Positions 30,736 to 42,825 of a stretch of DNA of 64,000 nt are shown in pieces. The notes under the pieces were generated by a model. That model was given only the letters and a program-made list of their open reading frames with translations. It was not told the origin of the DNA and ran no database searches. Positions within the stretch are counted from its first letter, which is position 1. Each line of letters opens with the position of its first letter. The translations under genes and the position numbers were made by a program. Origin of the DNA: an uncultured Planctomycetales bacterium (GTDB taxonomy: Bacteria; Planctomycetota; Planctomycetia; Pirellulales; Pirellulaceae); assembly GCA_963826795.1 (NCBI GenBank), contig CAWGYT010000010.1:14373-78372 (forward strand), in the 5' to 3' direction.

Positions 30736-30867
30736 TGCTTTGTCACAGCTGAAATTGAGGGGTTGGGTGGCCGGGGTCGAACGAAGTGAGCCCCCGGAAA
30801 ATTGCGGTCTGGGGGCTCACTTCGTTCGACCCCAGGCACCCCAAAATCAAGCTGTGACAAAGCACTA
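30733..30867. terminator. 135-bp nested palindrome (23-bp perfect inner stem, 17-bp perfect outer stem); candidate bidirectional terminator or REP-like element
   Basis: Inner stem 30774-30796 (ggggtcgaacgaagtgagccccc) pairs with 30811-30833. Outer stem 30733-30749 (tagtgctttgtcacagc) pairs with 30851-30867. It lies between the convergent genes 29331..30735 (+) and 31015..32639 (-). No T-tract follows. Confidence 0.45.
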
Positions 30868-31014
30868 GTGCCGTGCCCCAGCGAAGACTTGGGGTCGCGA
30901 CGGGAGGGCGAAGTACACGCTGAGCCGCTTGAAGCGCAGCGTCCAATGCGTTTACGGCTCGGCGGGAACCTTGCCCGTCCCCTTCTCCAACCCCCTTTTC
31001 CGCAATCGACCCGA

Positions 31015-32639
31015 TCAGTCGTCGCGGGCAGATTCGGCTGCCGTTTCAGCCGGGACTTTCGGGGCGACGTTGGGTTCGGACGCCGAGGGTTCATCGGCGA
31101 AGCGGATCAGTGCCTCGGGCAACTCGATGCCGCCGATATCCTTCATGACTTGCATCATCGGCGGCAAGGTCTTGGCCATCCCGCTGATAAAATCGGCCGT
31201 ATTGGTCCGACCGTTCTTGCCGCCGTTCTCCCAGACGACGATCTTGTCAAACTTGATGTTCGAGATCGCCTTGGAAGAGGCCTCGGCCAAGTTATCGAGA
31301 TGTTCGAGCATCAGCATCTGGAAGGCGTCTTTGGAGCCACCGCAAGCCGCCACGATTTGCTTCAACCCCTCGCCTTTCTTGGCCAGGATCTCGTAGTTGC
31401 CCCGCGCCTCCGCTTCGAGTTTGGCGTAGATCGCATCGGCTTGGGCCTGGGCGTTGATCCGAATGCGTTCGGCTTCGGCTTCGGCGTCAACGACGATCTT
31501 CGATTTCTGGGCCTTCGCCGGAGCCTCAAGCTGCGCCGTTGTTCCGCTTCAACACGCTCGGCCTCGGCCAAGGCGGCTTTCGCCATGGCGCGGTTTTGAA
31601 TTTCCAGCACGGCCGCCTGAGCTTCTTTCTTCTTCCCCTCGCCCAGCTGATACGCTTCGGCTCGCTTCACGGCCAAGGCCGCTTCCGAGGCGGCGATGGT
31701 GGCCTGTGCGCTGTTTTCGCCCTCGATGGCCGACGCGTCCGCTTCGGCGACGCGAATCCGCATTGCGCGTTCGGCGTCCTTGACCTGGGATTCGCGTTCG
31801 AACGAAGCCGCCTTCTCGCCGATGGACTGATCCTTTTCCAACTCGGCCACGCGGACGGCCTGGTCGCGCTGGGCTTCGCGGGTGCCGATCGATTGGTCGC
31901 GCGTCGCGTTGGCCACCTGAATTGCCTTGTCACGCTCCGCGCCGGCCACTCGGGTTTCGCCCATCCGTACGTTTTCCGCCACGTCCCCGCGGGCTTTTTG
32001 AACGGCTTCCGAGGCGGCTTTCTGTCCGATCGCGTCGATGTACCCCGATTCGTCCGTGATATCGGTGATGTTGACGTTGATCAACTGGAGTCCGATCTTG
32101 TTCAGCTCGGACTCCAAGTGCATCTGGATCTGCTGCAGGAATTTGTCCCGGTCCCGATTGATCTCTTCGATCCCCATTCCGGCGATCACCTGGCGCAAGA
32201 TACCGAAGATGATCTCCTCGGCTTGCTTGCGAATTTGCTCGGTCGACAGGCCCAGCAGGCGGATGGAAGCTTGCTGCATCACGGCCGGCTCGGTACTGAT
32301 CGCCACCGTAAACACGCTCGGCACGTTGACTCGGATATTTTCGATCGACAGCGCGCCTCGCAGGGGAATCTCGATCTGAATCGGCTCGAGACTCATGTAC
32401 GCGTAGTCTTGGATCAAGGGAATCACAAAGGCGGCGCCACCGTGGACGGTCGTGGCCGCTTTCCCCTTCCCGGTCCGGCCATAGATCACCAGCACGCGGT
32501 TACTGGGACAGCGTTTGTACTGTTTCGCCAGCAAGGTGATAAACATGAACGCGATGACGACGACGGTCACCACGATGCCACCCGCCCAGACGAGCGGACT
32601 GTCGCTCAAGGATTGCCCCAACAGAACTTCGGTAAACAT
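31015..32639 (-). CDS. flotillin (SPFH/band-7 family, YqiK-like); one frame change near 31548
   Basis: ORF 31362..32639 gives the TM anchor plus the SPFH domain and EA-rich coiled coil. Re-reading 31363-31548 in the frame of ORF 31015..31365 yields ...TTAQLEAPAKAQKSKIVVDAEAEAERIRINAQAQADAIYAKLEAEARGNYEILAKKGEGLKQIVAACGG..KIVVWENGG, the canonical flotillin C-terminus. The frame change maps to gcggaacaac, a likely homopolymer indel. Confidence 0.8.
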
Positions 32640-32727
32640 GCGCCCTACTCCCGAGATTGTGATGTCGCACCTGGGTCACGCGTCGCGTTGGAAACAGGGG
32701 TCAGGCCCCAAAAGCCGGAACGCTGCA

Positions 32728-33354
32728 CTAGCTGGGTTCACGCCAAGGCGCGACATCAAGCACATTCCCGCTTACCACGTCGACGACGATCACTTGCGAA
32801 CCAGTGGCCAGCGTCTCCTCCGTCGAATTCACGGCGGCCAACTCTTCCAGGCGTCCCTGGACCGTCAACCGTACCTTACCCGCTCCCGCGCTGTTGCCCG
32901 GGATGGAAATCGAAACGGTTCCGATTTTGCCGATGGCGTTTGTGACCCGCAAGGTGCCGCTTTGTCCCAGTTGGTACATCAAACGCATCAGCCAGTGGAC
33001 GGCGAACATGGCCGCTCCACCACTGACGATGGCGATTACCAACTGGACTGGCAGCGAGAGCCGGCCGCTACGGGCGGTCATCCCGGCAAGTCCAAACATG
33101 GTCGTCGCGGCCACCAAGGTACGAAACGAAATGATGCCAAAAAGCCACGATGAGCCGTGGTGGTCGGTCCCTTGCCCATCGTGGTCGACATCCGCGTGCA
33201 ACGAGTCGCCGCCATGTCCGAGCAGCGAGTCCGACGGGGCATGTGCCGCGTCCACGTCGAACCCCTCGTGGCCCAGCCCGATCAGCGTCATGGCGAACTG
33301 GCAAACCAGAAACGTGCCGCCGATCAACGCGCACAACATGAAAAACATTGACAT
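32728..33354 (-). CDS. NfeD-family membrane protein (YqiJ-like, C-terminal OB fold), partner of flotillin
   Basis: 208 aa. Multi-TM N-terminal half, then C-terminal GKVRLTVQGRLEELAAVNSTEETLATGSQVIVVDVVSGNVLDV. Directly upstream of flotillin on the same strand. Confidence 0.65.
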   Translation of the reverse strand: MSMFFMLCALIGGTFLVCQFAMTLIGLGHEGFDVDAAHAPSDSLLGHGGDSLHADVDHDGQGTDHHGSSWLFGIISFRTLVAATTMFGLAGMTARSGRLSLPVQLVIAIVSGGAAMFAVHWLMRLMYQLGQSGTLRVTNAIGKIGTVSISIPGNSAGAGKVRLTVQGRLEELAAVNSTEETLATGSQVIVVDVVSGNVLDVAPWREPS

Positions 33355-33666
33355 TTCTTATCGCCTTCCTTGTCGGACCTGCTCGAACCAACGGTAGTTC
33401 GTCGCGACCCCGTCGATCTTGGCATCTGCGAGGCCACTTCAGGGTATCACGGCGGTGACCGCTTGTCGCGGCAAAACCGAACGAAAAGCAGCCCGAACCG
33501 CGTCCCGAACTGACCTCGCAGATCGAGTCGCTGGGCAATGGATTCAGCCGGGGTCGCTCCCGACGCGGCTTGTCCGGCCAGCGCGTTCGGGTAACCTGTC
33601 AGGCAGTCCGAGCGACCTCCCATTCGCCCGGGTTACGGCACCTGGTTTCCTTCGAGGAATACGGAT

Positions 33667-34732
33667 CATGCGACGCTGGATTCTGCTACTGGCAATTGTT
33701 TTTCCCGAAACGCTCGCCGCCAAGACCTTCACCTATGTCTCGCTTGACGGCGAGAACCGGATCGCGATCTACGAAGTGGACGAATCCGACGGGACGCTGA
33801 CGAAGGGCGCCGAAATTTCGCTGGCTGGGGCTCCGGGCGCGCTTTGCGTTTCACCATCGCGAGAATTCATGTTCGCTTCGGTTCGATCGCTGGGCCAGTT
33901 GGCCAGCTTTCGTGTTGACCCGGCGACGGGCGGTCTCTCGCTGCGAAGTGTGGTTCCGGCCGGCGACGACCCCGCCTTTGTGGCGACCGACCGCAGCGGT
34001 CGCTTCCTGCTGACGGCCTATTACGTCGCGGCCAAGGTAACCGTCCACGCGATCAACTCGGACGGATCGCTCGGCCAATTGCCTTTGCAGACCGTGCCGA
34101 CCGCTGACAAGGCCCATGCCATCTTGACCGATCGCACCAACCGATTTGCCTTCGTCCCGCACACGGGTCCCAACGCGATTTTCCAGTTTTGTTTTGACGC
34201 TCAGACTGGGATGCTCACACCGAACGAACCGCTCCGCCTAGACACGGGTCCGCAGACCGGCCCACGCCAATTGGCGTTTCACGCTTCGCGAGACGTGGTC
34301 TATTTCGACTACGAGCAAGGCAGTGCGATCGCAACCTTTGACCTGAACGTCGCCACGGGACAGCTGAGCTTCCGCGAACGGATGAGCACGCTGCCGGCCG
34401 GGTGGACGGAAGCGAACAGTAACGCGCGAATCGAAATCACACCCGACGGGCGCTTCGTCTACGTCGCCAATCGCGGCCACGACAGCCTGGCCGGCTATCG
34501 CGTTGATGCGGACACCGGCCAACTGACATCCTTGGGTCAGACGTCGACCGAGCCCACACCTCGCGGATTTGGGATCGACCCCACGGGTCGATTTCTTTAC
34601 GCGGCGGGGCAGTCTTCCGGAAAGCTGGCGGCCTTCTCGATCGACCCCACGTCGGGCTCGCTCAAGCGATTCGCCACGTATCAGGTCGGCGAGCGCCCGT
34701 GGTGGGTGTTGATCACGCGAGGATCCCGCTGA
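33667..34732 (+). CDS. secreted lactonase-family 7-bladed beta-propeller (6-phosphogluconolactonase/YbhE-like)
   Basis: RBS aggaat precedes the start. Signal peptide [18 protein letters not shown]. Pattern ...[22 protein letters not shown]...[24 protein letters not shown]...[19 protein letters not shown]. Confidence 0.6.
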
Positions 34733-36182
34733 CAGCATTTCCGTGCACATCGGTCAGACGAAAATCGCGTCCCTGATGACGAAATGTCAGGCGCTCGTGA
34801 TTGATGCCGAGACAATGCAGAATCGTCGCGTTCAGATCATGGATGTGAACGGGATTCTCCAGCACGTTGTAGCTAAAGTCGTCGGTTTCGCCGTACACGA
34901 TGCCGGGCCGAATCCCTCCGCCCGCCATCCACTTCGTATAGCACCGCGGATGATGGTCTCGCCCGTAGTTGGTTTTTGTCAAACCACCCTGGCAATAGAT
35001 GGTCCGTCCAAATTCGCCGCCCCAGATCACGAGCGTGTCATCGAGCATGCCGCGTTGCTTCAAGTCCTGAATCAAGGCCGCACAGGGCTGGTCGATGATG
35101 CCGCATTGTCGGCGAATGTCGTTCGGCAGATTCCCATGCTGGTCCCATTGTCGAATGAAGACCTGCGTGAAACGCACATTCCGTTCGGCCAGACGACGTG
35201 CCAAGAGACAGTTCGCGGCGAACGTTCCCGGCGTTTTCACATCCGGGCCGTACATTTCCAGGACACTCGGAGACTCGTCCGAGATGTCGGTTAGATCGGG
35301 CACCGAGGTCTGCATTCGGTAGGCCATTTCGTACTGGGCGATTCGAGCTTGAATTTCGGGATCGCCAACCTCCTGATATCGCTCGCGATTGAGTGTCGCC
35401 AGCTCGTCCAACATCCGGCGCCGCATCCCTTGGCTCATGCCATCCGGGTTCGAGAGATACAAGACCGGATCACCCGTCGAACGCAGACTCACGCCCTGAT
35501 GCCGCGTCGAGAGAAAGCCGGCGCCCCAGAGCCGTGCATACAGCGCCTGTCCGCCAAATCCGCCATTCACGGTCGAATGGAGAACGACAAACGTCGGCAA
35601 ATTCTCGTTCATGCTGCCCAAGCCGTACGAGAGCCAGGCACCCGTACTCGGTCGCCCCGGGAGCTGACTGCCGGTCTGAATATATGTGATCGCCGGATCG
35701 TGGTTGATCGCCTCCGTGTTGACGGTCTTGATGACGGCCAGATCGTCGACGACACTCGCCGTGTGGGGCAACAACTCGCTCACCCAGGCGCCGTGTTTTC
35801 CATGCTGCTTGAATTTGAACATCGACGGAGCGATCGGAAACCGCGACTGTCCCGACGTCATGGTGGTGATGCGCTGCCCGTTTCGCACGGAATCGGGCAA
35901 GTCCTTGTCGAACCAGTCCGCCATCTTCGGCTTGTAGTCCCACATATCGATTTGCGAAGGGGCTCCCGACATGAACAAGTAAATGACACGTTTGGCTTTC
36001 GGAGCAACGTGCGGGAGCCCGGGTAAACCGCCACCCGGGACGGGCACGGTCCCCGCCGCCGTGGCGGCGAACAACTCGGGATTCAACAGCGATCCCAGTG
36101 CGGCGACACCGAGCCCCGTCGCGGCGCGGCCGAAAAAATGACGCCGAGTTTCGATCAGCTCGGATTCGCGCAGTGGATGCAT
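34713..36182 (-). CDS. DUF1501 domain protein (sulfatase-like fold), Tat signal
   Basis: Tat motif [19 protein letters not shown]-terminus [32 protein letters not shown]...[18 protein letters not shown] is typical of DUF1501. Confidence 0.75.
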   Translation of the reverse strand: MHPLRESELIETRRHFFGRAATGLGVAALGSLLNPELFAATAAGTVPVPGGGLPGLPHVAPKAKRVIYLFMSGAPSQIDMWDYKPKMADWFDKDLPDSVRNGQRITTMTSGQSRFPIAPSMFKFKQHGKHGAWVSELLPHTASVVDDLAVIKTVNTEAINHDPAITYIQTGSQLPGRPSTGAWLSYGLGSMNENLPTFVVLHSTVNGGFGGQALYARLWGAGFLSTRHQGVSLRSTGDPVLYLSNPDGMSQGMRRRMLDELATLNRERYQEVGDPEIQARIAQYEMAYRMQTSVPDLTDISDESPSVLEMYGPDVKTPGTFAANCLLARRLAERNVRFTQVFIRQWDQHGNLPNDIRRQCGIIDQPCAALIQDLKQRGMLDDTLVIWGGEFGRTIYCQGGLTKTNYGRDHHPRCYTKWMAGGGIRPGIVYGETDDFSYNVLENPVHIHDLNATILHCLGINHERLTFRHQGRDFRLTDVHGNAVSGILA

Positions 36183-36319
36183 CTTGGTCAGATCCTGATT
36201 GTGGCGCCATGCCCTTGTCACAAGGTCAGGGCGGTGGAAAAAAAACAGTCGATCGAAACACTCCGTGACGCGTGAGGGGTCGGGCAGCGGCAGTACCAAC
36301 TCCGCTCGGTGGCGGTCAG

Positions 36320-39300
36320 CTAACCCTTTGTGATCGTCTCATTCAAATTCATCAGCAAGTGCACCACCATGGTCCAGGCGGCGAGTTGCGGCGCGTGAAG
36401 CGACTCGTTCCGAGGAGACTCCCCGGCGGAAATAAGTTTCACCGCATCCTGGGGATTTTGCTCGAACTCCTGCAGGCAGTCATTCAGCGTGCTCGTCAAG
36501 GCGGCCAACTCGGTCGAATTCGGATGGCGCGCCGTAATCGACCGAAAGGCGTATTCCAAGCGTTGCGAGTCGTCGCCTCCTCCGTCCCGCAGAACTCGTT
36601 CCGCGAACTTTCGCGCCGCCTCGAAAAACTGCACATCGTTCATTAGCGCCAGGGCCTGCAGCGGCGTGTTGGTCCGAGCCCGTCGGACCTGACACGTCTC
36701 GCGATCCGGCGCGTCGAAGGTCGACATCGTGGGCGGAGGTGACGTCCGTTTCCAAAACGTGTACATGCTGCGCCGATAGAGCTTCGGCCCAGTATCCTGC
36801 TTGAAGACGGCCGTGTTGCTGCCCCCGAATCCAACCGGCTCCCAAAGTCCGGCGGGCTGGTAAGGGCGTACGCTTTCGCCCCCGACGGTATCGACCAGCA
36901 GTCCGCTGACCGCCAGGGCCTGATCTCGTATCACCTCGGCATCCAGTCGAAAGCGCGGTCCCCGTGCCAGCAGGCGATTCTCGGGGTCGGCGGCCCACTT
37001 TTCCGGTGTCACTCGCGATGACTGCCGGTACGTGGCGGACATCACCAGCATCTTGAAGAATCGCTTGACATCCCAGCCCGACTCGACGAAATCCGTCGCC
37101 AGCCAGTCGAGCAACTCGGGATGCGACGGCCGCTCGCCTTGCAGTCCGAAATCTTCGGCGGTTTTGACCAGCCCCGTGCCGAACAGCTGTTGCCAGAAAC
37201 GATTCACCGTGACTCGCGACGTTAACGGGTGACGCGGGTCGACCAGCCACTGAGCCAGACCGAGGCGGTTTCCGGGCGCGTTTTCGGGCAGCGGCAAGAG
37301 CCATTCCGGGACACGGGACGAGACCGCATCCCGCTTCATCGTGTATTGGCCGCGTTCCAGAAGATGCGCCTGACGCGGTTCCTTCAGTTCTTCCATGACC
37401 AGCGAAGCAGGAATCGACTTCTCCAGTTCTCCCAGCGCTGCTCGCAACTCGTCTCGCCGCCGCAGTGGCTCCATAAACCGCCCGCGCGTCGCCGGATTCA
37501 CGACTTGGAGAAAATACGCTTCGAGCTGGCTTGACTGCTCGGCCGAACGCGTTTCCGGATCAAGATCCAAAACCGTCTGAATGTCGTCAGGCACGGTCGG
37601 GTACTTGATCTCTCGCCGAAACTGCTCCCACTGCGACAGAGACTCCTGGTGCGCGGACTCCAGCGGTGCGACGGAGACGAGTCCCGCCTGGTCCCAGTAC
37701 ACCGTCCCCTTGAATTGCGTGAACGCCCAGCCGTTGAGCTTGGCCCCGGCGTTTAAACCGACCGCCCCCGCGGGAACTTCCAGGCGGACCCACTTGCCCG
37801 TCTCGGGCAGATCCCCGATCCGCCGATTCGAGTCGTTGTTCCGCCCGGATGCATGTCCTTTGTCCGCGCCCCAAAACGCACGATGCTCCCAGGAACCGTC
37901 GTTGAATTGGAGCTGGATCGTCTCCGGTGGATTGGCCGGGTCCAAGTAGACGTAGGCGAACAGCCCGTCATGGGGACCCACTTCAAGCGGCTCGCTGGCC
38001 TGCGTGAAGACCTGCTGACTCAACCCGTCCGCAGTTCGTTTGGATGAATTCTTTCCGCTGTAAACCGGAGCGTCCGGCGGTGTGACAAACTGCCACGGCG
38101 TCTCGCCGTCGCCACTGGGCTGCGCGCCGGCGGGCAACTCGTCGTCGAACCACACGACGTCGGCTCGTTCGACCTCGGCCAGCGGTTCGCCCGCCAGGGG
38201 ATCGGAATACTGCAACTCACCGAGTGCCTGTTCCAACTCGCTGCCCACGGACGCCAACTGCTGTTCCAAACGATGCTTGGTCACAAGATGAATCGGCCCG
38301 GGCACCTTGACGCTCGGCGGCGGTAGCAGCGCGTTGCCGTCCATCGCTTTTTCCGTCAGGCTGAAAAAGTACGAGAACAGCTGATAGAACTCTTTTTGCG
38401 TGAGCGGATCGAATTTGTGATCATGGCAGGCGGCACAACCTGCAGTGAGTCCAAGCCAGACCGTCGAGGTTGTCTCGACGCGATCCACGGCGTAGCGGAC
38501 GTAATACTCGTCGTCGATCGAGCCCCCTTCGCTGGTTGTCACGTTGCAACGGTTGAATCCCGTGGCGACGCGTTGGTCAAGGCTGGGGTTGGGCAAGAGG
38601 TCTCCCGCAAGTTGTTCAATCGTGAATTGGTCGAAGGGAAGGTTGCGGTTGAAGGCCGCAATCACCCAATCGCGGTACGGCCAAATGGATCGTTCGTTGT
38701 CCAAATGCAGTCCATGCGTGTCGGCGTACCGAGCCGCGTCCAGCCAAATCCGAGCCAAGTGCTCACCATACCGCGCCGAGTTCAGCAATCGATCCACAAC
38801 CCGCTCGTAGGCATCGGGGGAATCGTCCGCCAGGAATGCGTCCAACTCGGAAATCGTGGGGGGCAGACCCGTCAAGTCCAAAGTGACGCGTCGAAGAAGG
38901 GTCTCCTTGTCGGCTTGGCCCTCGGGACTCAACTGCTCGCGCTGTAGCCGAGCCTGAACGAAACGATCGATGGTCTGCTCACTCGCCCAGCCCTCGACCG
39001 CCGGAGGAACGCTTGGCTTCGTCGGGCTGTGAAACGCCCAATGGATTGCCCAGGGGGCTCCCGTATCGATCCAATTCTTGAGCGTCGCGATCTCGCGGGC
39101 CGAGAGCGACTTCCCGGAATCGGCAGGGGGCATTTGCAGATCCGGATCGGTCGACGTGATCCGCTGATAGAGGGCGCTCGCTTGACTATCGCCGGCGACA
39201 ATCGCCCGTTCGCCGGAGTCCAACGGAGCGAACACCCCCTCGCGCTGGTCGAGTCGCAATCCGGCTTCGCGTCTGGCTTCGTCAGGACCGTGACATTCAA

Positions 39301-39433
39301 AGCACGTATTCGAAAGAAGCGGGAGCACATCCTTATTGAAATCCACGCTTCGTTCCTGGCCGGACGAGGCCAGGGGAATCATTAGCCACAAGCACGCGGT
39401 GGCGAGCGCAACTCGGAGCACCCGGCGGTTCAT
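36320..39433 (-). CDS. PSD1/planctomycete cytochrome-c domain protein (PSCyt1/PSCyt2-DUF1549-DUF1553)
   Basis: Signal peptide [44 protein letters not shown] (PSCyt1) and a second C..CHDHKFDP motif. Family layout recognised from memory. Confidence 0.75.
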   Translation of the reverse strand: MNRRVLRVALATACLWLMIPLASSGQERSVDFNKDVLPLLSNTCFECHGPDEARREAGLRLDQREGVFAPLDSGERAIVAGDSQASALYQRITSTDPDLQMPPADSGKSLSAREIATLKNWIDTGAPWAIHWAFHSPTKPSVPPAVEGWASEQTIDRFVQARLQREQLSPEGQADKETLLRRVTLDLTGLPPTISELDAFLADDSPDAYERVVDRLLNSARYGEHLARIWLDAARYADTHGLHLDNERSIWPYRDWVIAAFNRNLPFDQFTIEQLAGDLLPNPSLDQRVATGFNRCNVTTSEGGSIDDEYYVRYAVDRVETTSTVWLGLTAGCAACHDHKFDPLTQKEFYQLFSYFFSLTEKAMDGNALLPPPSVKVPGPIHLVTKHRLEQQLASVGSELEQALGELQYSDPLAGEPLAEVERADVVWFDDELPAGAQPSGDGETPWQFVTPPDAPVYSGKNSSKRTADGLSQQVFTQASEPLEVGPHDGLFAYVYLDPANPPETIQLQFNDGSWEHRAFWGADKGHASGRNNDSNRRIGDLPETGKWVRLEVPAGAVGLNAGAKLNGWAFTQFKGTVYWDQAGLVSVAPLESAHQESLSQWEQFRREIKYPTVPDDIQTVLDLDPETRSAEQSSQLEAYFLQVVNPATRGRFMEPLRRRDELRAALGELEKSIPASLVMEELKEPRQAHLLERGQYTMKRDAVSSRVPEWLLPLPENAPGNRLGLAQWLVDPRHPLTSRVTVNRFWQQLFGTGLVKTAEDFGLQGERPSHPELLDWLATDFVESGWDVKRFFKMLVMSATYRQSSRVTPEKWAADPENRLLARGPRFRLDAEVIRDQALAVSGLLVDTVGGESVRPYQPAGLWEPVGFGGSNTAVFKQDTGPKLYRRSMYTFWKRTSPPPTMSTFDAPDRETCQVRRARTNTPLQALALMNDVQFFEAARKFAERVLRDGGGDDSQRLEYAFRSITARHPNSTELAALTSTLNDCLQEFEQNPQDAVKLISAGESPRNESLHAPQLAAWTMVVHLLMNLNETITKG

Positions 39434-39715
39434 TCCACAAACTTTAAAGGTCCGTGGCCGCGATCGCGTCGAATCCACGAAGCTCGCGAGCAACTTAACG
39501 CTCGAGAACCGAGCCGCACGAATGGGGGCTCCAACCCAGCTCAGATCGGTGTCAGGCATCATCCGGGTGCGTACCTTGCAGCAGAGGCGGGATTATTTCG
39601 AACGGCCATGAGTGGCCTTGGCGTGACCCGCATTCTACTTCCTTGACTGCCAGGACGCCAGAGACAGCGTGGCGGCGCATCCGTCAGACCGACCTCCAGT
39701 CGGCCCCGCCTTCAC

Positions 39716-41479
39716 TCACGGCCCGGGCGATGACGCGGCCTCTGAGTCCGGCTCCGCGGCGGGCAGCGCGACCGCCGTTAGCCAGATCGCCTCGAAGCTC
39801 GCGCCGAGCGTCGGTGGAGTGCGGGCGTAGCCGACTCGCTCGATCGGCTCGTGCGCCGTCCCGCGAATCCGAATCGATCCGGCGAACGCCTTACCGGAAG
39901 TTGAAAGGCGCACCGTTACCTTCTCGGCCGTGGGACCTTCCGACTCGGACACGACGGCCGGTGCGTCAATTCCCTCCGGCAGATCGACCGCTTCGATCGT
40001 AATCGGACCGACTGCCCCCTCGGGTCCCGCGCGGCGCACGACGGTCACCGGCAGATCCGCCGCTTGATCGGAGGTCACGATGACCGCATCCGACTCCAAG
40101 GAAAGGTCGAAGCCGACTTGCTCCCAATCCACCATCAGGCGGTAGAAGTAACGAGGGCCTCCATGTCCGAAACGATCTCGAATTAGTAGCGAATAGTCGC
40201 CATCCTGACTGGCCGTATGACGAATCACCACATCCTGTCTCGGTAGGCCTTCGGCCACTTCTGCAGCCAGTTCACCCGTTGGATCCAGCAGCCGCACGCC
40301 CGGAACGGTCGGCAGACCCAGACGTTGAGATTCGACCGCAATGACAACTTGCTGTCCCTTGGTCAAAGGAAGTCGGTACGCGTCCACCTGATTCGGGGCG
40401 TGCAGGCATCCCGTCATCGCGGCCGGAACCACAAGGGGACACACCGCGTCGCCCGCGTCGGTTCGATCGCCCACCGTCACGGACTCCGAGACAATGCGAA
40501 TCCGGGCCGAACCCGCCAGCTCGGGCGCGAACACGAATCCGAGCTGGGTCGCCTTCAACAGCGTCGTGTCGCCCTCCGATTCAAACTCCTGAAACCGGCT
40601 CATCGACGGGCCGCCATAGGAGACCACCGGCAGACGCGAGCCGGGCGCAAGGTTCCAGCCGACTAAACGAACGTCACCAGGTCCGCCGCACGAAATCGCA
40701 AGCGGCACGCCGTGCGAGATAAAAGGTCCCGTCGTGAGCGTCAATCGGTAGATATAGTTGGCACCACCCCGGAAAGCGATCGTCGTATCGGGTTCTGCCG
40801 GAAAGGCAAACAACCGCACGATGTGAGCTCCGGATACGTTCGCCGTATAGGCCAGACGTGGATCCAGCCCAACGTTATCGTGATTCTCGGCAAGCACGCT
40901 GCCATCCGGTGCGACGACCTGCAGAACTGCATCCATCGGCGATCCCAAGCGACGGTTTGCGTCGACATCGGCAACCAACGTTTGCCCCGACTCGAGTTCG
41001 ACCGTGTAGGCGTCAACTTCGCCATTCTTGTGCAGGACCCCATTGATCGTCACCGAAGGATGCTGGATGGCCTGAGCATCGCCGCGCGAATTATTGGGTT
41101 CCTCTTCCTGAATCTCGGGCAAACTGCCAATCAGAAACGGAACCGCCGCCGAGCTTCCTTCGTCGTCGAACAATCGAATCCAGACGCGGTCAACTGGCAA
41201 GTCAGCGGGCACCGTGACCTGCAGCTTTCCCGACTCCTCCAGAACCGCAACCGTCACGCCCGGTGCCCAGACCTTGACCGGCCACGAGAATTCCCCCGAG
41301 CAGGTCGTCACGACTTCGGATCCACGCGCCGCGCCGGCGGGAAACACGAACTTCAACGTGGGTGCCGCGCCCCACGTGGCGCAGGCGTGCCCTTGGATGC
41401 AAACAAGAACCACCGCCGCCCAGGTGATGCTGTGTGGCCGGAACTCAAGAGCAACAGGGCGAGTTTCGGCGCTGGTCAT
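39716..41479 (-). CDS. secreted hypothetical protein with two PPC (pre-peptidase C-terminal)-like beta-sandwich domains
   Basis: 587 aa with signal peptide. NNSRGDAQAIQHPSVTINGVLHKNGEVDAYTVELESGQTLVADVDANRRLGSPMDAVLQVVAPDGSVLAEN fits the PPC pattern. A second copy has the form TGCLHAPNQVDAYRLPL... Confidence 0.5.
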   Translation of the reverse strand: MTSAETRPVALEFRPHSITWAAVVLVCIQGHACATWGAAPTLKFVFPAGAARGSEVVTTCSGEFSWPVKVWAPGVTVAVLEESGKLQVTVPADLPVDRVWIRLFDDEGSSAAVPFLIGSLPEIQEEEPNNSRGDAQAIQHPSVTINGVLHKNGEVDAYTVELESGQTLVADVDANRRLGSPMDAVLQVVAPDGSVLAENHDNVGLDPRLAYTANVSGAHIVRLFAFPAEPDTTIAFRGGANYIYRLTLTTGPFISHGVPLAISCGGPGDVRLVGWNLAPGSRLPVVSYGGPSMSRFQEFESEGDTTLLKATQLGFVFAPELAGSARIRIVSESVTVGDRTDAGDAVCPLVVPAAMTGCLHAPNQVDAYRLPLTKGQQVVIAVESQRLGLPTVPGVRLLDPTGELAAEVAEGLPRQDVVIRHTASQDGDYSLLIRDRFGHGGPRYFYRLMVDWEQVGFDLSLESDAVIVTSDQAADLPVTVVRRAGPEGAVGPITIEAVDLPEGIDAPAVVSESEGPTAEKVTVRLSTSGKAFAGSIRIRGTAHEPIERVGYARTPPTLGASFEAIWLTAVALPAAEPDSEAASSPGP

Positions 41480-42816
41480 CCCATGATTTCCGCGATCGGA
41501 TGGGGATCGCTGACGAGGTGAGTCGGCCGTCCGGCACGATTATGCAGAATCTTCTGAGGGTCGATGCCCAGCTTCAAGTAGACGCTCGACACGAGATTCT
41601 CGGGCGCATAGACGCTTTCGATGGCCGCGTATCCATTGCGATCCGTCGCCCCCACGATTTGTCCGCGAGGTGTTCCGCAGCCAGCGACAAGGATCGACAT
41701 CGCATTGGACCAGTGGTCCCGCCCGGGTGAATCTCGACCGGAAAGGGTCGAGATTTTCGGAGTCCGGCCAAATTCGCCCATGACCAGGACGAGGGTCGAC
41801 TCGAGCAAACCGCGCTGGTCAAGATCCTCAATCAGCGCGGCCACCACCGAATCGAGCTCGCGACCTTGCTTGCGGAACGCGGGAAAGATGTTCGAGTGAT
41901 GATCCCAGCCGCCATTGTTGAGCGTGACGAAGGGCACTCCGGCTTCGACCAGGCGCCGGGCCAGCAAGGCACGCTGACCGAAGGCGGTTCGCCCGAAGGC
42001 GTCGCGAACCTGTTCCGGCTCGCGCTGAATCTCGAAGGCCCGCTGGGCGACGTCGGACGTGATCAGCGAGACCGCTTGCTGAAAGTTCTCGTCCATCCCC
42101 AGCACGGGATCCGCAGCGGCTTGATCCCGAAACCGCACCAGGCTGTCCATTTGCTGACGCAATTGTCGCCGGCTCAAGGCTCGCACGTCCTCCAGGCCAG
42201 GCGGAATCGTCACGTCACGCACCCGGAACGAAGCGCGATTCGGATCGTCGCCAATCACGAACGGAGCGTGCCGAGCTCCCAGAAAATTCGGCCCACCCGA
42301 GCGTGTCATCGAGGGAATTGAAAAATAGGGTGGCAGCCCATCCGCGGCACCGCGTTCGGCGGAAACAACCGACCCCATGCTCGGATGGAAACTGACGAAC
42401 GCCCCGCAGCTTACGGGAATTCGAGTGGGTGCGCCCGTCATCATGTAGTGATTTCCCGCCCCGTGGTTGTTCTGGTCGTGGCGGACCGAGCGGACGATGG
42501 CAAGTTTGTCACTGATCGCTGCCAGCCGTTCCATATTCTCGGAGAACATCATGCCCGGCACCTTCGTCGGAATCGCGCCGAACTCCCCGCGAATTTCGCT
42601 GGGAGCATCGGGTTTCGGGTCGAACGACTCGAAATGGCTTGGCCCGCCGTCGAGCCAGATCAAAATGCAACTGGTCTTCGACGCCGAGGGAATACCGGCG
42701 ATCGCGCGTTGGTTCAACGCCTCGACCAAGCCGCCGCCGAGCAGTGCCCCGAGTCCCAGCTTGAGGCAGTCCCTTCGCTTGATCCCCTCGCAATTGCGAT
42801 AGATCGTCATGCGCAT
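41476..42816 (-). CDS. DUF1501 domain protein, Tat signal
   Basis: Tat motif KRRDCLKLGLGALLGG. DUF1501 body (DHHSN..., GRDHW). 4-bp overlap with the downstream gene. Confidence 0.75.
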   Translation of the reverse strand: MRMTIYRNCEGIKRRDCLKLGLGALLGGGLVEALNQRAIAGIPSASKTSCILIWLDGGPSHFESFDPKPDAPSEIRGEFGAIPTKVPGMMFSENMERLAAISDKLAIVRSVRHDQNNHGAGNHYMMTGAPTRIPVSCGAFVSFHPSMGSVVSAERGAADGLPPYFSIPSMTRSGGPNFLGARHAPFVIGDDPNRASFRVRDVTIPPGLEDVRALSRRQLRQQMDSLVRFRDQAAADPVLGMDENFQQAVSLITSDVAQRAFEIQREPEQVRDAFGRTAFGQRALLARRLVEAGVPFVTLNNGGWDHHSNIFPAFRKQGRELDSVVAALIEDLDQRGLLESTLVLVMGEFGRTPKISTLSGRDSPGRDHWSNAMSILVAGCGTPRGQIVGATDRNGYAAIESVYAPENLVSSVYLKLGIDPQKILHNRAGRPTHLVSDPHPIAEIMG

Positions 42817-42825
42817 CCCTTTCGA

